From: an uncultured Candidatus Bathyarchaeia archaeon
GTDB taxonomy: Archaea > Thermoproteota > Bathyarchaeia > 40CM-2-53-6 > CAVXDP01
Direction of reading: 5' to 3'
Assembly (NCBI GenBank): GCA_964562925.1
Contig: CAZLVF010000003.1
Location: 32,467 to 72,251, forward strand
DNA: 39,785 nt
Part shown: piece after piece, positions 26,818-37,283 of the stretch
How positions within the stretch are numbered: position 1 is the stretch's first letter
Layout: each line of letters starts with the position of its first letter
Made by a program: the position numbers and the translations under genes
The notes under the pieces: model-generated
Database searches by the model: none
What the model was told of the DNA's origin: nothing
Seen by the model: only the letters and a program-made list of their open reading frames with translations

Positions 26818-27297
26818 TTGAACGAGATTCAGGAAATTCTAGAAACTATCTTCCATGAAGTCTCGCCATATGATCCTCAAACGACCAGTAGATACGTTGA
26901 AGATCTTGACCGATCTCGAAGCATACCAGAAATCCTTGATATAGTGAGGGCTACTGTTCAGGAGACCCTCGGCGAGGCGAGGCCAGACGTGACGCTCGGT
27001 TTTCAGAATCTTCCGTTGCGGATAGGTGCGTATCATCGCGTCGGATCAGACTGGATCGTTATGAACAGGCGCCTCCTCGACCTAGCCTCGAGTCGTTTAC
27101 CGTCTCAGAGGGAAATGAACTCCTTTATCTTCTCGATAATGTTGCATGAGTATCTTCACGCCCTAGGTTACCTGAACGAGTATCAGGTTAGACGATTGGT
27201 CTATGAGATATCGAGGCGAAACCTCGGAGAAGTCCACCCTGCGACAAGAATCGCGAGACTTGGCCCTTGGGAAGCTCTTCTCAACCAAGCAGACTAA
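26818..27297 (+). CDS. small zincin-like metallopeptidase domain protein
   Basis: GAYH..IVMN..LL and the HExxH motif MLHEYLHALG. Confidence 0.72.
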   Translation: MNEIQEILETIFHEVSPYDPQTTSRYVEDLDRSRSIPEILDIVRATVQETLGEARPDVTLGFQNLPLRIGAYHRVGSDWIVMNRRLLDLASSRLPSQREMNSFIFSIMLHEYLHALGYLNEYQVRRLVYEISRRNLGEVHPATRIARLGPWEALLNQAD

Positions 27298-27344
27298 CAC
27301 TTGAAAGGGGTCTCTTTGAATCCGTCCCCTCTGAGGCAGAGTGT

Positions 27345-27551
27345 TCAGCCTATCCTTGCGCCGCATCGATCGCAGAACGAACTTCCATAAGCGACTTTGT
27401 TTCCGCAACCCCTGCACGTTATCTGGTGTCCGGTAAAGGTTCGGCTTTGCGGAAGGTAGGGCGTGGGCACCCTAGCCGAAGGTATTCTCCCAGCTCTGAA
27501 GAGACAGTTCAATTCCCAGTTGGCACGAGCGAGGCGTTCTCTGATACCCAT
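27345..27551 (-). CDS. short zinc-ribbon ORF, possibly a gene remnant
   Basis: Pro-rich stretch, then CRGCG..FCDRCGARIG; N-terminus unconvincing. Confidence 0.45.
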   Translation of the reverse strand: MGIRERLARANWELNCLFRAGRIPSARVPTPYLPQSRTFTGHQITCRGCGNKVAYGSSFCDRCGARIG

Positions 27552-27898
27552 TCTGACACACTCCCTTCGTATTTGTCAATGCGAAAAGCCCTGTTAGCTA
27601 AGAAAGCTCTAACATCTTATTTAAGAAAACGTAGCAAAAAAGGCGGCTTCGTCATATGAAGAGAAACATGCCTGTGACCAGCGCCGCCTGTGATCGTCCC
27701 TATTTAGCAGCGACAGAACCATGCTCCAGTCGATGGTCTTCGCGGAGTACATCCTCATCTCTACGAGTTGCCGCGGTGAGTCAGGACTAACTCTGTGTCT
27801 GAACATCCCAAGGAATTGCACATCTACTGCAAGAACCTTATCACTACTCACGAAAAGGATCGCGTCTGATAGCAAGCATTGCTACTTTTGAGAATCAA

Positions 27899-28051
27899 AG
27901 CAACGGCTTGAATTATTTTGTAGTTTGATAGGCGCTCTAAAGAATACTTCCGGTGTGCGTGCTTCAATGAGACCCCTCCTTACGAGTTATCAGGGAAGGC
28001 TTTGACGGGTTCTATTGTAAGAAAACTACATGTCTGTTCATCGCCGTTGCT
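27899..28051. repeat. ~150-nt imperfect inverted repeat / fold-back element (candidate ncRNA or MITE)
   Basis: Nested complementary arms AGCAACGGC/GCCGTTGCT, TGAA/TTCA and TGTAGTTT/AAACTACA, plus an inner helix; T6 at 28064-28069. Confidence 0.5.
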
Positions 28052-28184
28052 CTCGGCCACCGCTTTTTTGCTGACAACAAGAACCTTTTTACATCCTGCA
28101 GGAACACTGTTCTTCAAACCTACGGCAAGTGGACTGGGACCTTCAAGATATCAGTAACCGACCAGTTTGATACCGAGCCTCTAG

Positions 28185-28718
28185 GTGGACAGAAGGATGG
28201 CGGCTACACATTTGCAGACCGAAAGATTGCTTGATCTAGCTCTGAAATCTGGTATGATAGATCCAAAGATCATAAAAGTTAGAAAGATTGTCGTAAGCGA
28301 ATGGGTTCGATGGAAGTGTCGGTATGGTTGTCCAGACTATGGCTTATGGTTGACATGTCCTCCGTATACTCCCACACCGGCTGAAACCCGTGCCTTGCTA
28401 AGCGAGTATGAACGTGCGTTGATGTTTCGTATGAAGCCCAAAAGAGGCGAGATGTACAAAGCTCTAGCAAAGCTGGAGGGAAGAGTTTTCCTGAGCGGAA
28501 ATCCGAAGGCTTTGGCCTTTGGAGGGGGCGCATGCCACCTATGCAGAGTCTGCAATATACGATCAGGCGCCTGTCGAAAGCCTCTAACCGCTCGGCCATC
28601 CATGGAAGCATGCGGCATCGATGTATTTGAGTCGACGCGAAGGGCTGGTTATCAGCCGACCATCCTTCAGGACAAGAATCAAAAGTTCACCTATTTCGGC
28701 ATGATACTTATAGACTAG
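28185..28718 (+). CDS. DUF2284 family predicted metal-binding protein
   Basis: KCRYGCPDYG..LTCPP, GACHLCRVC and ARPSMEACGIDV. Confidence 0.85.
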   Translation: MDRRMAATHLQTERLLDLALKSGMIDPKIIKVRKIVVSEWVRWKCRYGCPDYGLWLTCPPYTPTPAETRALLSEYERALMFRMKPKRGEMYKALAKLEGRVFLSGNPKALAFGGGACHLCRVCNIRSGACRKPLTARPSMEACGIDVFESTRRAGYQPTILQDKNQKFTYFGMILID

Positions 28719-28830
28719 ACGGCTTCCCAAGCAGCGTAAGCTGAAGGTCTAGGGGGTTAGAAGTACTAGCCAGACACAATTGCGTTGCTTCTTATCTCTC
28801 GGACATTGTAAATGGCGAGAGAGACAGTTG

Positions 28831-29595
28831 TTATCTTGATATCTTGTCTAGCATGGAACTATCTTCGTATGGAGAGCTTCCATTTTCCTTGAGGGTCTTA
28901 GAGGTTGCAAGAAGCCTTTCGACGCTCTTGAGATTGTACGAGTATATGTGGTAGCTGTCAGTATCATCCACATATTGGCCCACTTTGAGGCCGAGTTTCT
29001 CGGCGAAGACTCGTTGCAAGAGTATGATCGCATACATGTTCATGAAAGCCGCATTGTAGGAGTCGCGGCTCCTCCAACTGGTATGCATTTCCAATTCGTC
29101 ACTAAGCGTCTTGCACCAGATCCTCTGTAGGCAGGGTGGGCCCTTCACCTTTGGATGTATCCACGGCATCCACGTTATCGCTTGGGCTCTATTAGAAAAT
29201 GGTGTTAAACTGAGTTTCTCGATGATGTACTGTAACTGGTCGATCTGCGGCCCGGTCTCAGCCTCATAACTCTTGAGAAGCCTGTGATACGTGTAGTCCC
29301 AGACTCCACGATCCACGTAGCCGTTTTTCGTTCCATGTAGAACCTCGTCTACATACTCTTTAAGGCTGCCAAGTCCTTCACAACCCATATGCAGCATCGG
29401 CTCTCGCAGAGGCTCCGTGACTATCATCTTCATCGAGGCTTCAACTACTTCGATCTTTTCTTCGCCGTACCTATAGGATTCCTTGCAGGATCTGATGCCG
29501 TGCTCAAGAAGAGCGGATAGGCTCTTCTCCCAGACTTCAGGGAGAGAGTCGCCGTCCACAACGAGTTGTGGAAGTCTCGTCATGGGTTGGATCAA
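28831..29595 (-). CDS. thyA: thymidylate synthase, archaeal ThyA type
   Basis: YTYHRL, QIDQL, SNRAQAITW, catalytic PPCLQ, RSRD, Asn in FMNMY and SYHIY. Confidence 0.85.
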   Translation of the reverse strand: MIQPMTRLPQLVVDGDSLPEVWEKSLSALLEHGIRSCKESYRYGEEKIEVVEASMKMIVTEPLREPMLHMGCEGLGSLKEYVDEVLHGTKNGYVDRGVWDYTYHRLLKSYEAETGPQIDQLQYIIEKLSLTPFSNRAQAITWMPWIHPKVKGPPCLQRIWCKTLSDELEMHTSWRSRDSYNAAFMNMYAIILLQRVFAEKLGLKVGQYVDDTDSYHIYSYNLKSVERLLATSKTLKENGSSPYEDSSMLDKISR

Positions 29596-29653
29596 GCATC
29601 AGGGGCGCTAATAGCGTTTTCCGTTTCCACACTTCAACAGGACAATCAGGTCT

Positions 29654-30211
29654 CTATGCCTTGAACCATTTGAAGACTAGATATTCGACCTTCCTCGTTT
29701 TTCGGTCAGGCGCGGCTACTATGAACTGTTTCCTAACGGTTGTGGCGAGTCGTCCAGCTCTCACTACTTCGAACGGTCCCATACTTTCGTCCACGGTCTT
29801 GACGGAGATGATGAAGGGCGCGTGGTCGATTCCCGGTCCATGTTCATACACTGCAAAGTCTGCTCCGAACTTTATTCCGGGTGTTACTATGTACCCTTTG
29901 TCTCTCAGGTCTTTGTAGACGATGTAGGCAAGTTCGAATCCTTTGTACGTCTTATTCGCAAGTTCAAGTAGCGCTTTCTTCATTACGGCTCTATTGGTCT
30001 GAGGGTTGATGATGTTGATCCTATTTTTCTCATGAAGGTAAAGTCCTTCCATGATGTCGAGCATCAGCGGCACGTTGAAATCTTGATCGGGCTTAGGCTT
30101 TGGTATTCCTACAGGTTTGCCATAGAAGCCTAGCTTGTAAAGTCCGGTTCCATCTCGTGGGTTCCAGACGATGAGTCTTGTTCCCATGAGCTCTGCTTTA
30201 GGTTTCTCCAT
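29654..30211 (-). CDS. endA: tRNA-intron endonuclease, catalytic subunit
   Basis: VYKDLRDKG, GIKFGADFAVYEHGPGIDHA and RLATTVRK (Tyr/His/Lys triad). Confidence 0.93.
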   Translation of the reverse strand: MEKPKAELMGTRLIVWNPRDGTGLYKLGFYGKPVGIPKPKPDQDFNVPLMLDIMEGLYLHEKNRINIINPQTNRAVMKKALLELANKTYKGFELAYIVYKDLRDKGYIVTPGIKFGADFAVYEHGPGIDHAPFIISVKTVDESMGPFEVVRAGRLATTVRKQFIVAAPDRKTRKVEYLVFKWFKA

Positions 30212-30222
30212 CTCCTTGCCTT

Positions 30223-30888
30223 CTACGAGTAGATGGCTAGCACCCGTATCATGTCGATCACGTTGACGCCGGTATCTGCGATGCTCTCTAGGCGATCGAG
30301 TACGTCCCGGATGAGTAGTATGGCTTGAACTGGTAGTTTACTGGAGAGTACCTCTAGATCAATGCTTCGATGTTTTGCGTCAATCTTCTTCTCGGCTTCC
30401 TCTACAGCTTTAGAGGCTTCGATCGCCCTATCTGGGTTGAAGCCCAGCGAGATCATTGTTTCCCTAACTTTGGTCATCTCGTCCAGAACCATCGACATCA
30501 GTTCTGAAACCTCTTTCATGAACTTATGTTCTATTTTCCATTTCCCCTGCATCATACTCTCGAGCCTGTAACCGACAGCCTCTGCATAGTCCGCGATTCT
30601 TTCAAGCTCGAATATGAGCCTTAGAAAACCCTCTCTACTTATGAGTAGGGATCCGACCGATGCAACCTCTTCTAGTAGACTCGTCTTAAGCTTGTTCGTC
30701 GTCTCTAGCAGCTTCAACATATTCTCGTAGTGTTCTCTTGCGTTCTTCGCCTTCTCCTCTGCAATACTGTCAATCATCATTGTGAGCTCTCTCACAACAT
30801 CGACCACAGCTCTTGCGTGATCCTGGCAGATGGTGAGCATTCTACGCCTGATCGTGGCCTCGGCCTCAAGAGGAAAGGTCACTTTCAC
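30223..30888 (-). CDS. DUF47 / PhoU-like phosphate transport regulator
   Basis: Helical repeat with ERIADYAE and EKKID...LESIAD motifs. Confidence 0.8.
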   Translation of the reverse strand: MKVTFPLEAEATIRRRMLTICQDHARAVVDVVRELTMMIDSIAEEKAKNAREHYENMLKLLETTNKLKTSLLEEVASVGSLLISREGFLRLIFELERIADYAEAVGYRLESMMQGKWKIEHKFMKEVSELMSMVLDEMTKVRETMISLGFNPDRAIEASKAVEEAEKKIDAKHRSIDLEVLSSKLPVQAILLIRDVLDRLESIADTGVNVIDMIRVLAIYS

Positions 30889-30984
30889 GCACCAGATCTT
30901 GCGAGATAGACAATCGACTAGAGGCTACGCTCTTTAGAAATAAAAATCTAGCTAAGAATATTTGAAAAGGTGATTCCTTCTATC

Positions 30985-32709
30985 CTATAGGTCTCCAAGC
31001 GAGAGTCTGCTAGAAAAGTATCTTTGAAGGATATCAACGATCTCAGATGTAGGGGCGCGTCTTTGTTTCCAGGTGTCTCGATCCCTTAAGGTGACCGTCC
31101 CATCCCTCATTGTCTGGTAGTCTACAGTTACAGCTACTGGAACACCGGCTTCATCAGCCCGCGCGTATCTCCTCCCTATAGAACCCGATTCATCGTACTC
31201 AACATCAAACTTCTTTCGGAGAAGGGTCATATAGATCTCTCGGGCTTTCTTGTCTAACCCGTCCTTGGTTACCAACGGCAGGACAACAGCCTCAATCGGG
31301 ACTAGATCTCGCGGGATCTTCATAACAGTCCTATCCTCCACGGTTGAGTAAGCGTATTCCAAGACAGCATAAATGAGCCGCTCAGCGCCGAAGCTGGGTT
31401 CGATCACGTGAGGAATGAATCGCTTCCCCGTTTGACTGACCTCTCTTTCCTCAATCCTGACGTGGCTCGGTAATACTTTGAACCCTTCGATCATATGAAA
31501 GCCGTGTTTCACAAACGACTCTTCAATGGCTTCGGCATCGGCCTCCATAACCTTCTTTGCAATGTGCTCTGTCTGTCCCTTGAATTCTGGCCCAATAGTT
31601 GCGTTGATCGGAACCGCGATCTTCGCTCTCTTTCTGATCGTGCCACCATACGCTTTGAAAGCGGTCAAGTCCGCCCCTGAGGCCTTCATATGCCCTCGAA
31701 GGTCGAAGTCTGTTCTATAGGCGTTCCCAGCAAGCTCGATCCAGCCCCATCTATCCAGTTGAACTTGATGGTCATATGTCTGAGCGGAGTAATGTGCGCG
31801 TTCTGTTTCCAGTTTTTCATGGAACCTCTGCTTTTCGGATGGGATATTTAACTCGGATACAAACCGTTTGGACACTGCCATGAAGTATGCGGACCAGGGC
31901 TGGATTATGTACCCGGCCTCTAAGGCTTCAGTAACAGTCAGTTCAATCGGTTCCTCGACTCCTCTTTTGCGTAGTTCGATCGGAACGAGACGAAGCTTCT
32001 CATTCTCAACCTCGTTAAGACGTTCGCATTTCGGATCTTCTGGATCAAAAAAAAACTCGAACTCCATTATGGTGAATTCTCTGAGTCTAATAGGCCCTTG
32101 GCGTGGTGAGATCTCATTCCTTAGGGCCTGGCCGATCTGCGCTACTCCAAGAGGCATTCTCTCTCTAGCTATCTCGTAGACTCGTCTGAAATCAACAAAC
32201 ATCCCTTGGGCTGCTTCAGGCCTTCCACATCCCACAGCCTCGCTGTAGGGCCCGATCGTTGTAGTGAACATTGTGCCGAAATATTGAGGGCTGGATAGTT
32301 CCCCACCACATTCGATGCAATGTACGTTCTTTTCTCTGATCCGCATATCCAGCTGATTGAGACTGAGCCCCTCACTCTCAACTCCTGTAGACTCCTCGAG
32401 AATATGATCCGCCCTATACTTCCGTTTGCATCTGACGCACTCAACCATGGATTCTTTGAAGTGTTCTACGTGGCCTGAAGCTTCAAACACTTTCCCCGGC
32501 ATGATTATCGGCGTAGCAATCTCCAGCAAACCCTCTCTCCTTATGAAGAAGTCTCTCCACTTATCCTCTAGGCGACGTTTCACCGATGCTCCCAGCGGCC
32601 CAAGGTCTATGAAACCACTAACGCCACCGTAGATCTCGAACGACGGCCAGAAGAACCCACGCCTTCTAGCTAGCTCGGCTAAGATTTCATACTTGTCCAG
32701 TCCGTTCAA
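30985..32709 (-). CDS. glyS: glycine--tRNA ligase (archaeal/eukaryotic dimeric type)
   Basis: RRGFFWPSFEIYGG, RPEAAQG, RNEISPRQGPIRLREF, PHVIEPSFG and SIGRRYARADE. Confidence 0.97.
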   Translation of the reverse strand: MNGLDKYEILAELARRRGFFWPSFEIYGGVSGFIDLGPLGASVKRRLEDKWRDFFIRREGLLEIATPIIMPGKVFEASGHVEHFKESMVECVRCKRKYRADHILEESTGVESEGLSLNQLDMRIREKNVHCIECGGELSSPQYFGTMFTTTIGPYSEAVGCGRPEAAQGMFVDFRRVYEIARERMPLGVAQIGQALRNEISPRQGPIRLREFTIMEFEFFFDPEDPKCERLNEVENEKLRLVPIELRKRGVEEPIELTVTEALEAGYIIQPWSAYFMAVSKRFVSELNIPSEKQRFHEKLETERAHYSAQTYDHQVQLDRWGWIELAGNAYRTDFDLRGHMKASGADLTAFKAYGGTIRKRAKIAVPINATIGPEFKGQTEHIAKKVMEADAEAIEESFVKHGFHMIEGFKVLPSHVRIEEREVSQTGKRFIPHVIEPSFGAERLIYAVLEYAYSTVEDRTVMKIPRDLVPIEAVVLPLVTKDGLDKKAREIYMTLLRKKFDVEYDESGSIGRRYARADEAGVPVAVTVDYQTMRDGTVTLRDRDTWKQRRAPTSEIVDILQRYFSSRLSLGDL

Positions 32710-32775
32710 GCCTACCAGTCCATTATCCTGAGTTTATTCACAATGACTCGGAACTTAAAGTAGTTGCAAAGTCTG

Positions 32776-33279
32776 TCATGTAGAAGAGATCCTCTTCGAG
32801 GCTGTCTTGAAAAGTTGGAGGAAGAAGTCTACGTCCAGCAATGGTCCTTGGCCTACTCCTGGACATTTCTCGTCTGTCAGACCAAAACTGTAGTTATTCT
32901 CGATCGGTTCTTGGAAAGAGAAGGGATAGAACATGCACGTAAGCGGTCTTATCCGATATATCACGCAAGAGTCTCCACCTAGGAAGACGCATTTTCCTTC
33001 GTCGTCTTTGCGCATCTCAAATTTGAAGGGTTCTAGGTCATTGGTATGAATGCAGAAAGCTTCTGGATTAAGTCCGGTCGATCGAGAGATAGTCCTTACT
33101 TCTGAATCTAAGAGCCTAATGTGGCGCAGGCGTTGTTCAGTGTCAGTGCAGCAAGCGTGACACCTAGTACATTTCCAACGGATACCGTGTGGATAGTGGA
33201 TTCTCTTGTGTCGCGCAGGGGATCTCTTGGATGGCCTAGCAATTTGAACGTCACGACGAAGGCGAGCGATGTCTTTCAG
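32776..33279 (-). CDS. YkgJ-family cysteine-cluster protein; N-terminus extends beyond the ORF-track ATG
   Basis: In-frame upstream sequence gives IRWKCTRCHACCTD, followed by CVFL..CVIY..RPLTCMFYPF..CPG. No ATG/GTG/TTG lies upstream in frame; CTG at 33279. Confidence 0.8.
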   Translation of the reverse strand: MKDIARLRRDVQIARPSKRSPARHKRIHYPHGIRWKCTRCHACCTDTEQRLRHIRLLDSEVRTISRSTGLNPEAFCIHTNDLEPFKFEMRKDDEGKCVFLGGDSCVIYRIRPLTCMFYPFSFQEPIENNYSFGLTDEKCPGVGQGPLLDVDFFLQLFKTASKRISST

Positions 33280-33298
33280 TTTAGTTTAGCTCCAATCA

Positions 33299-33685
33299 TT
33301 AGTGCTTGATAGGCGTCTGATTCAGCAACCTCCCAACGTCTGATTCGAAAGAGTCCGCGTAGACTAAGGTTTCTCGGGTCTTCTTCCTTCTCTTCTTCGC
33401 TAGGGAATCTAACTCTTGAATCACCTTTTGGAGAAGCTGCCTCTCCTCTAAGTATTTTTCCAGTTTGGACTGGAGCTGGTCTCTTTCTCTTAGAAGCGCG
33501 TGAAACTCTTTTGTCAGTTCCTCGTTCCTTTGTGAAAGCGTTTCAGTATTCTCCGAGAGCTCCGCGACCCTAGCTCTTGATCGTTTCAGTCTGTCAAGTG
33601 TCTCGGTCAGGGACCTGCGCAATTTCTCATTCTCAGTCTGCAACTCGACGTACTTCTCTCTTGACACAAGGCCGAACGGAGACAT
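33299..33685 (-). CDS. coiled-coil hypothetical protein
   Basis: Heptad-patterned E/K/R/L-rich sequence within a minus-strand gene run; start uncertain. Confidence 0.7.
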   Translation of the reverse strand: MSPFGLVSREKYVELQTENEKLRRSLTETLDRLKRSRARVAELSENTETLSQRNEELTKEFHALLRERDQLQSKLEKYLEERQLLQKVIQELDSLAKKRRKKTRETLVYADSFESDVGRLLNQTPIKH

Positions 33686-33727
33686 ATTTGGAACCTGCCT
33701 AACCAAGATCTCGGGGAAAGGGCTAAT

Positions 33728-34717
<990 letters not shown>

Positions 34718-34871
34718 CTATCAGAGCTCCATAGCTGAGCTGCTATGTCTTTGATCGACGAATTCAAATGTCCTAGGCCTAAAGCTCCGGCAGAAACGAG
34801 TAATACACTCTCCCTCGTATAAGTGACCAAATATCAAAACACTTACAGCAATTTCCTGTGAGTTTCGGCCC

Positions 34872-35057
34872 TCAGATGGCCTTTACATGCCTCACTACTG
34901 GAGGACGGGTCTTCTTAAGCACTCTATAGCCACAGTAAGGGCATTTTATCTCAGGTATCATCGCCAGCTGGTCGGCTGTCATGCGTGATCCGCAACTCAG
35001 GCACTCGTAGGTTATGCCTGTACTTGCCGGTTCCTTCTTCTCGTTCGTCGTGGCCAT
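34872..35057 (-). CDS. rpoP: DNA-directed RNA polymerase subunit P (Rpo12)
   Basis: YECLSCG...IKCPYCGYRVLKKTRPPVVRHVKA. Confidence 0.92.
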   Translation of the reverse strand: MATTNEKKEPASTGITYECLSCGSRMTADQLAMIPEIKCPYCGYRVLKKTRPPVVRHVKAI

Positions 35058-35286
35058 GGTTAAAGCAAAGTTGGGGGAGGTTCACTATTAAAGCTTAGGT
35101 TCGATCCTGGCGTCAATGTTGTGAACCTTCTAGAAACTGCGGGCAGTAATCCCCTGGCCCCAAGATTATTATGTCCAAACAGACCTGTTCTTGGAACAAA
35201 TTACTCAAGCATCGGATTCTGTTACCAGAGACTTTCATTGGAAAGAGCGTTCCTACGCCCCGAATTGAAGCGACCGAGGGCTATGC

Positions 35287-36150
35287 TTGAAGTACATTGC
35301 GAGACCGATACGAACCTCATATTGGAAAATGGGACATGATTGGTTAGGAGAAATTGTTCACCGTGTTGAGAGAATCATTCGCCAAAAAGATTTCCTGGTC
35401 ATATCTGAGAAAGCAGTCTCAGTTGCGGTTGGTCGAGTTATTGATGAGGAGACAGTTAGGCCAACCTTCTTAGCAAGGCTGATCGCAGTCGGTTGGATGA
35501 GGATCGTCTGGGGGTGGATTCTCGGCTATCTGTGCCATCTCAGTCGGGCGAACATAGCTCGACTGAGACAATACCCAATAGAGAAGGGTGCTGCGCACAA
35601 ACAATTGGCACTAGAACAGGCAGGTTTCGTTCAGGCTTTAAGACATGGTTCGGAAGGGGGAATCGACACAAGCAACCTGCCCTTCTCTTTAGTTAGCTTA
35701 CCTCTTGACGATCCTGAAAAGATAGCTGCTAAGATTCGAGACCGAGTGTTCGTGGAGACTAAGAAGAATATAACCGTATTGATCGTTGACTCTGACAAGA
35801 CATACAGTCTATATGGTCTTCATATGAGTCCAAGGTCTACATCTATTCGATCAATCAGATGCCTCGGGCTCTTTGCCTACATGCTTGGAAGACTGTTTAA
35901 ACTAACTCCGAGATCTACACCACTGGCTCTGATTGGAGAGAACCTGAGCGTCGAGGAGGTTTTGGAAATATCAGCGGCTGCAAACAAAGTGAGAGGTTTC
36001 GGAGCCGGCAGAACGGCTTGGGATATGGGTGAAGCTTTTCATGTAAAGCCTCACGAGGTTACCTGGGAGATGCTCGGAACCGTCAAACATACTCCGGTCG
36101 TTATTGTCAGGAGACAGCGTATCGACAGTCGCCTCGGCGAGGGCCAGTAG
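35287..36150 (+). CDS. coenzyme F420:L-glutamate ligase (CofE)-like family protein
   Basis: DFLVISEKAVS, GIDTSNLP, LPLDDP, VLIVDSD and TPVVIVR. Confidence 0.75.
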   Translation: MKYIARPIRTSYWKMGHDWLGEIVHRVERIIRQKDFLVISEKAVSVAVGRVIDEETVRPTFLARLIAVGWMRIVWGWILGYLCHLSRANIARLRQYPIEKGAAHKQLALEQAGFVQALRHGSEGGIDTSNLPFSLVSLPLDDPEKIAAKIRDRVFVETKKNITVLIVDSDKTYSLYGLHMSPRSTSIRSIRCLGLFAYMLGRLFKLTPRSTPLALIGENLSVEEVLEISAAANKVRGFGAGRTAWDMGEAFHVKPHEVTWEMLGTVKHTPVVIVRRQRIDSRLGEGQ

Positions 36151-36158
36151 GCGGGCTT

Positions 36159-37109
36159 CTAAGGCCTAAAGCCTTGTAACAAAGCCACTGCAAGAACCGC
36201 TGATAGAATGTCGGCTGTGGTTCCCGGGTTAAGTTCATGACTTGGAGTTCTGAGATCTTGATCTAGTCTCTTAGCTAAACTTAGGCCTTCCGGGGTTTTG
36301 ACGCCGCCGGTCTCTAGACATTCCCTGGCGCGGACTGACACATAGCGCGACTTCTCTATGCCTACTTTTCGAGTTATTAGCGTATCTGGCACGGTCGAGA
36401 GAATTTTCAGAAACGTGTTGACGGTGCTTGTATTGATGTCTAAACCGGACTTGATGCAGTCAGCAAAGTAGGGGTAGCCTATGTCGAAAGTTATCTTGAA
36501 TCCACTCACCCACTCAGAGGCGATTGAGTCATGTCGGGCAGACATTTCAAATATCTTCAGCAAAGCCGTACGTTTCTTCTTTATTCGATCTGTTGATTCG
36601 GGTGACATTACATCGAGCGTTTTGTGGATGCCAATTCCCCCGGGTGACGCCTTTGAGATCGCTCTATACACGTAGAGGGAGTCTACGTAGGTGGCCGAAC
36701 GCAATAGCTTCCTCAAGTTCGAACGTAGCCTCTTCAAATCCACTGGTCCATTTCCGATCGTCATCCCTGCAGACGCGGCTATCGGAACGAGAAGTAGGAT
36801 GACTCCGAGACTTGTGTTTCCCCCCTTCTGCCATCGCAACATCTCCTCAACCCCCGCCTGGATGGCTTTTCCGACTTGCGCATGGGAGAGACCTACCACA
36901 CCTCTCGAGATCATGAAGCCTCTGCGAGCCGCCCGTCTATAGATCGGACCAAGCGCCGCTGCTGACGCTAGGAAATGCTCAAACCTTGTCTCGAGGAAAT
37001 CCCTCGTTCGATGAACGTTCCCTGGTTTCGGATGGGCGCTTGCTTCCAGAAGCATTGCAAGTTGAAGGCAAGACGAGATGTCATCTTCATCGACTACACC
37101 TTGTAGCAA
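36159..37109 (-). CDS. CitG-family (triphosphoribosyl-dephospho-CoA synthase-like) protein
   Basis: LEASAHPKPGNVHR, NTSLG, PDTLITRK and NPGTTAD. Confidence 0.88.
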   Translation of the reverse strand: MLQGVVDEDDISSCLQLAMLLEASAHPKPGNVHRTRDFLETRFEHFLASAAALGPIYRRAARRGFMISRGVVGLSHAQVGKAIQAGVEEMLRWQKGGNTSLGVILLLVPIAASAGMTIGNGPVDLKRLRSNLRKLLRSATYVDSLYVYRAISKASPGGIGIHKTLDVMSPESTDRIKKKRTALLKIFEMSARHDSIASEWVSGFKITFDIGYPYFADCIKSGLDINTSTVNTFLKILSTVPDTLITRKVGIEKSRYVSVRARECLETGGVKTPEGLSLAKRLDQDLRTPSHELNPGTTADILSAVLAVALLQGFRP

Positions 37110-37283
37110 TCAGATCACTCATTTCACGCGATTCTTGAAGATATATTCAAAGATTCCTAGACGTTGCCTCATTGCTGTCAAGCGCCAATCACCATCATTC
37201 GTCTGCTTAGACAACAACTTGCCTGCAAAAGGCTTTTCTAAATTTCAAGTGCATTTACGCGTTGCCTTTTCTTCTCTTATGGG

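Noticed and set aside
27621-27875. 84-aa minus-strand ORF
   Set aside because: No recognisable family; may be debris, but cannot be supported.
34730-34860. Several short hairpins between rpoP and the R15P isomerase gene
   Set aside because: Stems of only 4-6 bp with large loops are compatible with chance.
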